A stretch of 12,552 nucleotides of DNA. Origin: Candidatus Wukongarchaeum yapensis. GTDB taxonomy: Archaea > Asgardarchaeota > Wukongarchaeia > Wukongarchaeales > Wukongarchaeaceae. The stretch's first letter is position 1. Each line of letters starts with the position of its first letter. The stretch is taken from NCBI GenBank assembly GCA_016840425.1, contig JAEOSI010000041.1:1-12552 (forward strand). Reading direction: 5' to 3'. Below are positions 5,976-12,552 of this stretch, one piece after another. Both the position numbers and the translations under genes were made by a program. The notes under the pieces were generated by a model. It made no database searches, was not told where the DNA came from, and saw nothing but the letters and a program-made list of their open reading frames with translations.

Positions 5976-7616
5976 TTGATTATTGGGGTATTGAGGCAGT
6001 TGTCTAAAACAGAAGTAGTAGAAACCGGAAAACCAGGGGTTTCACGTGGCCTATTCTTGTTGATAGCATTACTACTACTTACAGGATTTCCTTTATTTAT
6101 GTCCATCACAGGTATTTCAGGTCATGAAGAGGCAACTTTCAGCATCTATAATGATGACTGGGACGGTTGCTCTGAGTTTGGAAATTACGTCAAGGAACAG
6201 TATGGGGGTGAAGATGGAGAAAATATTCAGATTATAACATCATCGTTAACTATGTTAAACCGGGTGAATAGGACAGGCATTCTTATAATGATGGGGCCAA
6301 CTATCGGATACGGTTTCACCGAAACGATAGCGATAGTGGACTGGATAATAGGAGGAGGAAGCATTCTTTTAGTCAACGATTTTGGTTCAGCAAACGATAT
6401 CTTGGATCTTTTCACTTCTTTGATGAAGCTTGCGGCTTTACAATTTTCAGGACAGGAGGACATACCAGTTTTAGGTTTAAAGTTTAATACTAGCGGCGTC
6501 CTCCTCGATGTAGGATCTTATGATACAAACCCTGCCATGCCTGTCATCACAGAATTCAGCGATGAATTTGGTGATATCACAAGCGGAGTCGATAAAATCA
6601 TATGCAACTATCCAAGTATAATAAGCATGTACTATAAGTCAGGGGAAGACGAGGATGGAGACCCGATATATAAGTGGTATCCAGTCCCCTACGGAGCTGC
6701 TTCATCTACGACAACTGCGTGGATTGAAACAGATGTAGACGCCGTTAAAAGGGGAGATTGGGATAATATTAAGCCAGACGGGGGTGAATGGGGTCCTCCC
6801 TATTTTTCTTACAACTATTCAGGGATTAGTGTTTCGGGATATTTAGGGTTTTCAATAGCCCTTCCTTTGCCTTTAGGTGATGAAGGAAAGTTTATGTTGG
6901 TTTCTGATCCGGATATTTTCGCAAATGCGGCGTGGGAAAATGCGGAGTATGATAATCAGCGGTTTGCAAAAAACATTATCGATTGGATGATAAGTGGGTA
7001 TAGTTCTGATGATAATCCGGTAATTATTTTTGATGAGGGACATATAACCCAGAAGCCTTATTCTTCGATGCTGTATTTTGGTGCTTATTTGAGGACTATA
7101 ACACAGTATACGGCATTTTCTCTTTCTCCGGCTCTTTTTGGCGTTGATTACAGAAACCCTAGTGAGGGGAATTTATCGGCATATCTTTGGGTTAATGTTT
7201 TCTTAGCGTTGTTCTTTCCGTTGATTGTTATAATGGTGGGATCAAGATGGATACCGAAAAAACGAGCTCCAAGGCCATTACTTATGACGCGGCTAAAAAG
7301 GTATTATGCTCGGTCTTATTTTGCTGTGAAGATGCGGTATTTTCTCCAGTTTAAACAGTATGAACGTGCAACAGCTTTGATCTATCGCAGACTCAAACGT
7401 ACGCTGATCAAAAAGCTTCATTATAGGGGGCCTTTGGATCCTAAAACTTTGACAGACTTGATCTCTAAAGAGACGACTAAGTTTAGTAAGGAACAGATAA
7501 TGCAGAGATTAGTATTAGCGGAAAATGTCTCAAAAGGAGCTGTGACTTTGGATGAAGAAAAATTCCTAAAGTTATTTTTGGCTCTAAAAGAGTTGATAGG
7601 AGAGTTAGGTGGATAA
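5976..7616 (+). CDS. DUF4350 (GldG/IFT52 GIFT-like) membrane protein of MoxR clusters, with a C-terminal helical domain
   Basis: N-terminal TM/signal, SIYNDDWDGCSEF, GGSILLVNDFGSAN, LVSDPDIFAN...DNQRFAKNII, VIIFDEGH and C-terminal TM helices. The true start may be TTG 6000 (MSKTEVV). Confidence 0.82.
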   Translation: MIIGVLRQLSKTEVVETGKPGVSRGLFLLIALLLLTGFPLFMSITGISGHEEATFSIYNDDWDGCSEFGNYVKEQYGGEDGENIQIITSSLTMLNRVNRTGILIMMGPTIGYGFTETIAIVDWIIGGGSILLVNDFGSANDILDLFTSLMKLAALQFSGQEDIPVLGLKFNTSGVLLDVGSYDTNPAMPVITEFSDEFGDITSGVDKIICNYPSIISMYYKSGEDEDGDPIYKWYPVPYGAASSTTTAWIETDVDAVKRGDWDNIKPDGGEWGPPYFSYNYSGISVSGYLGFSIALPLPLGDEGKFMLVSDPDIFANAAWENAEYDNQRFAKNIIDWMISGYSSDDNPVIIFDEGHITQKPYSSMLYFGAYLRTITQYTAFSLSPALFGVDYRNPSEGNLSAYLWVNVFLALFFPLIVIMVGSRWIPKKRAPRPLLMTRLKRYYARSYFAVKMRYFLQFKQYERATALIYRRLKRTLIKKLHYRGPLDPKTLTDLISKETTKFSKEQIMQRLVLAENVSKGAVTLDEEKFLKLFLALKELIGELGG

Positions 7617-7829
7617 AAGGGGATAAAAGATAAGCTTTCCATCCTTTACTTTATTTATTATGAAGGAAATAGAAAAATAATGGTTTGGATAAGAGGGAAA
7701 TGAATAATAAAGTTTGATGAGAATAAAAATGTTAAGTAAAAAGGTTTGCATTACTCCGCTATCAGTTTGTTTGTGTTTCAGACTCATAAGCGTTATAGGG
7801 TTAACTGATATGGTTGGAGGACTAATAAA

Positions 7830-8900
7830 ATGAAAGAAGAAGAAGGAGAAGAAGAACCTATTATGGAGTTTTTTGAGATGACAGAGGAAGGAGGAGAAGC
7901 AGTAACTCCTATGGAAATAGTGATGCCTGCTCCGGCGCTGGAAGGAGAAGAGGTTCCTTCTGTCGATACAAAAGATATAGAACGTGTGTGGCAAAAAATT
8001 AAGGAAGAGATGGGAAAAGTTGTCGTTGGTAAGCTGGACATAATAGAATCGCTCTTTATAGCGTTGCTTTCTGGTGGTCATGTCCTAATGGAAGGGGTAC
8101 CAGGTATAGCGAAAACATGGACGGCTAACAATTTTTCTAACACTTTGGGTTGTGAATTCAAAAGGATACAGTTTACTCCAGACCTACTTCCAAGCGATAT
8201 ATTGGGAACAAATGTTTATGATCCAAAATCAGGGGCGTTCCACCTTAGACAAGGACCGATATTTGCTAACATTATTCTTGCTGATGAGATTAACAGGGCG
8301 CCCCCAAAAACCCAGTCAGCGATGTTAGAATGTATGCAAGAAGCTCAGGTCTCGATAGAAGGTGTTACCTATCCCCTTGATAAACCGTTCATCGTGCTTG
8401 CAACACAAAATCCGATAGAGCTTGAAGGCACATATCCTTTAGCGGAGGCGGCTCAAGACCGTTTCCTTTTAAAGGTGTTATTAGACTTTCCTAACCCCGA
8501 AGAAGAAGCACAAGTGATCAAAATAAAACATGAAAGAAAATATAGCGGTGTTAAAAAGGTGACCTCGCCTAAAACTATTGCAGAGATGCAAAAGACTGTG
8601 GAAGAGATATACATAAGCGATGAGTTGATATACTATATAAGGGACATAGTTGTGCGAACTCGGCGGGATCCTCGTTGTTTGTCAGGGTGCAGTCCTAGGG
8701 GCAGTTTAACGCTTTTAAAAGTCTCTAAAGCTCACGCAGCCATAAGAGGAAGAGATTACGTGGTTCCTGACGATATTAGGAAATACGCTAGTTGGGCGTT
8801 ACACCATAGGATGATCCTGAAACCAGAAGCTGAACTGGAAGGGGTTACGCAGGTAAGAGTTGTTGAAGAGATACTTAACGATACACCAGTCCCCGTATAA
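7830..8900 (+). CDS. moxR: MoxR-family AAA+ ATPase (MoxR proper subfamily)
   Basis: Walker A GVPGIAKT, RIQFTPDLLPSDILG, Walker B LADEINRAPPKTQSA, ATQNPIELEGTYPL..A.DRF and SPRG. RBS GGAGG at 7816-7820. Confidence 0.96.
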   Translation: MKEEEGEEEPIMEFFEMTEEGGEAVTPMEIVMPAPALEGEEVPSVDTKDIERVWQKIKEEMGKVVVGKLDIIESLFIALLSGGHVLMEGVPGIAKTWTANNFSNTLGCEFKRIQFTPDLLPSDILGTNVYDPKSGAFHLRQGPIFANIILADEINRAPPKTQSAMLECMQEAQVSIEGVTYPLDKPFIVLATQNPIELEGTYPLAEAAQDRFLLKVLLDFPNPEEEAQVIKIKHERKYSGVKKVTSPKTIAEMQKTVEEIYISDELIYYIRDIVVRTRRDPRCLSGCSPRGSLTLLKVSKAHAAIRGRDYVVPDDIRKYASWALHHRMILKPEAELEGVTQVRVVEEILNDTPVPV

Positions 8901-9128
8901 GAGCTACAGCGACAAAACCAAATTTAAAAACAATAATTAATAGTTTAATAGAAGATTTTTGGGGAACGGTAAACAGATTATTCTTAACTTGACTTGAGAT
9001 GGGAAAAAGGGTTTCTTGGTTGTCGCTTTCCTCTTTTCTCTATAAAATGTTAACCAAATGCGCTTGCTGGAAAGAAAACTTTAGAAGAATTAAGAAAGAG
9101 TAAGAGCTAGAATGGAAGTGTTAGGTTT

Positions 9129-10523
9129 ATGTTAAGTCCAAGAGGGGCTTTCACGATCTTTGGCGGCGTGGTTCTCATCGCTTTCGGATTTGCGGCTACG
9201 CAGATGCATATAGCGTTTACAACTTACCATGCTTTAGGGGGCGGTAAACAGATTAATGTACCTGAAGAGCTACCGTTTTTCCTTCTCTTGATGGGGTGCA
9301 TAATGATTTTAAGCACAGTTATAGGCATCCCAATATTTAGGTTATCAGCAGATCCACGCGCGGTAGTAGTCACACGAAAAATTGATCGTGAAAAGGTTTT
9401 TGCTGGAGATTATGTTTTTGTCGAGGTTACTATGAAAAACACGGGACTTGGAGGAATCGATCTTTTAGAGGTTTATGATGCTTATCCCCAAATTTTTGAG
9501 TTAGCCTTGGGGGAAAACTGGGTTTTAACCAAACTTGAAAGCGGTCAAGAGGTCTCTTTTGCTTATGTTGTAAGAGCTTTAAAACGGGGCAGATATAACC
9601 TTGGACCTAGTAAAGTGATCGTTAAAGATCGGTTAGGACTCTTCTTTGAGGAGGAAGTAAAGGAAGGAAATGAGACAGAACTGATTGTTTATCCACCATA
9701 CGAAGATATTGCCAAGATGACAGTTGTAGGTAAAAAGAGGCTTATGGGGCGTGCTTTTGGTATCCACAAAACAAGGGCAAAAGGCATTGGATCCGAGTTT
9801 TTTGCTATAAGAGAGTATGTTATGGGCGATGAATTTAGGAGAATTGATTGGAAAGGCTTTGCAAGAAAAGGAAAACCCATGGTTAGGGATTACGAAGATG
9901 AAAAAAGCCTTACAAGCATTATTTTTTTAGACTGTTCTGGAAGCATGGGAGGAGGACCTCCTGCCAACTCAAAACTTGAATATGCTATAAGGGCTGCTGT
10001 TTTGTTAACACACCTTGCCTTTGAAAGAAGCGACCCTGTTGGTCTTTGTATTTTTTCAGATAAGGTCCAAGCTTGGATAAAACCTGGAAGGGGACAGCGG
10101 AAATTTTACGAGATTTTAGAAGCTTTGGCCGTAGTGGAACCAGGAGGGGGGGCAAATATTGAGGGAGCAACGGAGTTTGTTTTAAGCCAAGTTCGTAAAG
10201 CTGGCTTTTTCATGGTCATTTCTGATTTAGAGCATGCTAATGTTGAAAAACTTACTAAATCGTTAAAACAAGCAGTGGCTCGTAACAATAATGTGGTAGT
10301 TTTAGCGCCTTTTGGACCTTTCTTCGAGGTGAAAGTTGGGACGTTGAGCCCTGTTGAAAAAGCGTTAGCAGAAGCTGTAGCAGAAGAATATTTCGGGGAA
10401 CGGGCAAAAGTCATTAAAGAACTTCAAAAAGCAGAAATAGACACGATTAGTGTAGGGCCTGACGATATTTTGTCGGTGGTCATTGACACTTGGATTAAGC
10501 AAAAACGCATATCAGGTGCATAA
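9129..10523 (+). CDS. DUF58-domain/vWA protein (MoxR partner) with N-terminal TM helices and an Ig-like domain
   Basis: GSEFFAIREYVMGDEFRRIDWKGFAR (DUF58), MIDAS-like LDCSGSM, VISDL, Ig-like VEVTMKNTG...RGRYNLGP...DRLGLF, and two N-terminal hydrophobic helices. Confidence 0.93.
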   Translation: MLSPRGAFTIFGGVVLIAFGFAATQMHIAFTTYHALGGGKQINVPEELPFFLLLMGCIMILSTVIGIPIFRLSADPRAVVVTRKIDREKVFAGDYVFVEVTMKNTGLGGIDLLEVYDAYPQIFELALGENWVLTKLESGQEVSFAYVVRALKRGRYNLGPSKVIVKDRLGLFFEEEVKEGNETELIVYPPYEDIAKMTVVGKKRLMGRAFGIHKTRAKGIGSEFFAIREYVMGDEFRRIDWKGFARKGKPMVRDYEDEKSLTSIIFLDCSGSMGGGPPANSKLEYAIRAAVLLTHLAFERSDPVGLCIFSDKVQAWIKPGRGQRKFYEILEALAVVEPGGGANIEGATEFVLSQVRKAGFFMVISDLEHANVEKLTKSLKQAVARNNNVVVLAPFGPFFEVKVGTLSPVEKALAEAVAEEYFGERAKVIKELQKAEIDTISVGPDDILSVVIDTWIKQKRISGA

Positions 10524-10525
10524 AA

Positions 10526-11824
10526 ATGATGATAGGTAGGGGAAAATATGCCGTTCATACTCTGCGTCTAATCAGCCTATTCTCCTTCCTTTTAATACTA
10601 AGTTATCTTTTGGTAAATATTGAGCTCGACGCCTTTGACCCTAGAGCGTTTAAGAATGTGGGTATTTTTCTTATAGCGCTTGTGGGCGAGATCTTAATAA
10701 ATTTAAGCGATGTTTTTACAGAGCTAGGGGGAGATGCAGGAGCGAATGTTTCTAAATCTGTTATTAGGACGATGATTTATTATGTATTGTTGGGAGGTAT
10801 GGATCTTTCGGATTACAATATGACTGCCGAAGAATATATCTCCGGCGAAGCTTTTCCTTCTCCTAAAATATTTGCCAGTTCTCTTGGAAGCATGGTAATG
10901 TTAATTTTGCTCCCTATTGCTTTGTTGTCTGGACTCGGGTTCTTAAGGGATTGTAATGTGCGTTTATCTGTGATCTGCTTCTTTTCCCTTAGCGCTTTGT
11001 TAGCGATAGCGGTGGCTAAGGAAAAAATTGAACTTGAATATGATACAACTTCAGAATCACTGGGAGAATTAGTTACTTCTCCCCTATTCTTTTTAGGGTT
11101 GATATTGCTTTTCTATTTGGAGATCAGTTTTCAAGCATCTTATGCTTATACTATATTGGAACCTAATCTAAAGCGTAGCGAGAGAATAAGGCAACATATT
11201 CAGCGTATTAAAGAGTTTTCAGAAACCGAAGAAATAGGACCTTTAAAAGAGGAAAAAAGAGAAGAGACCACGGAAACAGCAAAAAGGAAGTCAATAGAAA
11301 GCTGGATATTGATAAGGGAACAGATTGAGGAAAGGCGGGTGGCAAAGCCTCGAGAATCAGTTAGGGTAAATATTAAGCTTAAACACTATCTTGAGAGTTT
11401 ATTAAGAAATAATCCTGATGCTCAAAGGTTATTATCTGCAGAAACTGCTAGACCTAAATCTGGCCGTATCCTGCTTTTCATTATTCCAAATTTCGTTATT
11501 CGGTTAAGCATCGTGGTTTTTCTGTCTTGGATAGTTCTTAGACCCATAGTCTTTCTAAGAGCTTTTCATGCACCAGACCCGTTATTAGATTCGGTGGAAT
11601 CGTTACAACCTGAGACAACATTCCTCGTTCTTATACCGCTAGTTTTAGCCATCATAATATTTAGCGGATTTATAGGAACCATACAAGAAAAAGTACATAA
11701 AAACGTGTTAAAGAGAGTCAGGGAGGAAGAAAAAGAAAAAGAAGAAATCGAGAAAGGCACAACTATGGTGTTTACAGGCACCGGTACGGCGCCATCTACG
11801 ATAGAAACAGATGGAAACAGCTAA
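10526..11824 (+). CDS. Polytopic membrane protein (about 7 TM) with a large charged loop; probable member of the MoxR cluster
   Basis: The ATG lies 2 nt after the DUF58 stop, suggesting coupling. Alternating hydrophobic segments, an E/K/R-rich region at roughly aa 215-310 and a charged tail. No family recognised. Confidence 0.8.
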   Translation: MMIGRGKYAVHTLRLISLFSFLLILSYLLVNIELDAFDPRAFKNVGIFLIALVGEILINLSDVFTELGGDAGANVSKSVIRTMIYYVLLGGMDLSDYNMTAEEYISGEAFPSPKIFASSLGSMVMLILLPIALLSGLGFLRDCNVRLSVICFFSLSALLAIAVAKEKIELEYDTTSESLGELVTSPLFFLGLILLFYLEISFQASYAYTILEPNLKRSERIRQHIQRIKEFSETEEIGPLKEEKREETTETAKRKSIESWILIREQIEERRVAKPRESVRVNIKLKHYLESLLRNNPDAQRLLSAETARPKSGRILLFIIPNFVIRLSIVVFLSWIVLRPIVFLRAFHAPDPLLDSVESLQPETTFLVLIPLVLAIIIFSGFIGTIQEKVHKNVLKRVREEEKEKEEIEKGTTMVFTGTGTAPSTIETDGNS

Positions 11825-11885
11825 AAAAATAAATAATCCACGAATATAAAAATTATTTTTTGCGATTTTTCTAATTTAGGGGGTA

Positions 11886-11918
11886 TGCGGATACTTTATC
11901 CACAAATTACTATAAATA
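11886..11918 (+). promoter_or_regulatory. TATA box TATAAATA (11911-11918) with an upstream palindrome TG.GGATA-CTT-TATCC.CA
   Basis: Canonical TATA box 50 nt before the TTG start; inverted repeat at 11886-11904 just upstream. Confidence 0.45.
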
Positions 11919-11967
11919 TCTTAAAGAATTTAATAATAAGTAATGAACACTTATTGGAGGACTATTA

Positions 11968-12489
11968 TTGACAAGCTCAAAAGAATGGTTTTTTACTGAA
12001 GAAACAGGCAAACAAGTGGAAGATTTATTAAAGCAACAAATAAGTGAATTCATAAACGATGAGGATCGTATAAGAATAAAAAAACATTGTAGAAAGGTTT
12101 TAGACGCTTTATACCAGCTGGAAAAAGGTGTTACTCCGTACAAAGTTGAAGAAATGCGGTTAAGAGGCTGGAATGATGGGGAAATAGATTCAGCACTGAC
12201 AATCGCGACTTATCTTGTAAGACCCTCATTTAAACACGAACTTGAAATCACAAGGGATTATCTTATAAAAACAAGTTCTAAAAAAGATTTTGACCAACAA
12301 GGAAGAGTTTGGGATATGATCATAAAAGAACTAAAAACCAACCTCGCTCAACTTGATACAGAGTCACAGTTTTTTGAAATTTTCGTAAGTTTAACCCTCA
12401 TCTTCGAAGACCAAGAGCTTGCCCTAGAAGTCAGCTCAATACTTTCAAAGATCATAAGCCAAACAGCCTATGACCTGATGTATACATAG
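11968..12489 (+). CDS. Hypothetical, predominantly alpha-helical protein
   Basis: 173-aa ORF with GGAGG RBS (11956-11960) 7 nt before TTG and its own TATA box; no recognisable motif. Confidence 0.8.
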   Translation: MTSSKEWFFTEETGKQVEDLLKQQISEFINDEDRIRIKKHCRKVLDALYQLEKGVTPYKVEEMRLRGWNDGEIDSALTIATYLVRPSFKHELEITRDYLIKTSSKKDFDQQGRVWDMIIKELKTNLAQLDTESQFFEIFVSLTLIFEDQELALEVSSILSKIISQTAYDLMYT

Positions 12490-12552
12490 GGACACCTAGC
12501 TAAACAAAAGATAAGAAAAAATAATATCTAAAAACTATTTTTTTAAAAAAAA

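Noticed and set aside
7715-7808. Possible box C/D sRNA (TGATGA ... CTGA)
   Set aside because: The boxes are about 90 nt apart with no recognisable C'/D' pair; archaeal guides are about 50-60 nt.
11896-11904. Perfect bacterial DnaA box TTATCCACA
   Set aside because: It is a single copy in an archaeal context and forms one arm of a palindrome. There is no box cluster or replication gene.
1386-12143. Overlapping or antisense ORFs from the track (1386-1583, 1966-2463, 2138-2395, 2940-3158, 3309-3608, 4829-5017, 5801-6109, 6227-6463, 7421-7642, 7605-8081, 7793-8041, 9689-9880, 9985-10170, 10106-10414, 11566-11781, 11910-12143)
   Set aside because: They shadow well-supported genes, show mirror-image composition (Ser/Phe/Ile-rich) and have no motifs or convincing RBS.
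1-12552. CRISPR arrays, tRNA/rRNA, transposases/integrases, TGM (TrmBL1) boxes, Sec/Pyl read-through
   Set aside because: I saw no spaced direct repeats, cloverleaf or rRNA-like sequence, mobile-element ORFs or complete TATCAC-N5-GTGATA. No TGA or TAG stop is followed by an in-frame continuation of the same protein family.

Overview
AT-rich archaeal window: group II GGGP synthase, TrmB regulator, TATA/BRE-type promoters and GAGGTGA/GGAGG ribosome-binding sites. A standalone roadblock/LC7 gene and charge-rich proteins suggest a thermophilic Asgard/TACK-type archaeon, but this is inference. Gene order: 5' stub of a probable DUF167 gene on the minus strand (absent from the ORF track); TrmB regulator; a 142-aa YkuD/L,D-transpeptidase (Tlde1/DUF2778)-like Cys-His enzyme; a HEAT-repeat protein; a P-loop ligase of the cDPG-synthetase-like family that looks like arginine synthetase ArcE; three minus-strand genes (B-box/C1-like zinc finger, roadblock, GGGP synthase); a divergent DUF4129-DUF4350-MoxR-DUF58/vWA-membrane protein cluster; and an orphan helical protein. 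No rRNA, tRNA, CRISPR array or mobile element was recognised. The most unusual items are the peptidoglycan-type transpeptidase fold in an archaeon paired with a HEAT protein, the eukaryote-like zinc finger next to a roadblock gene, and the probable ArcE.
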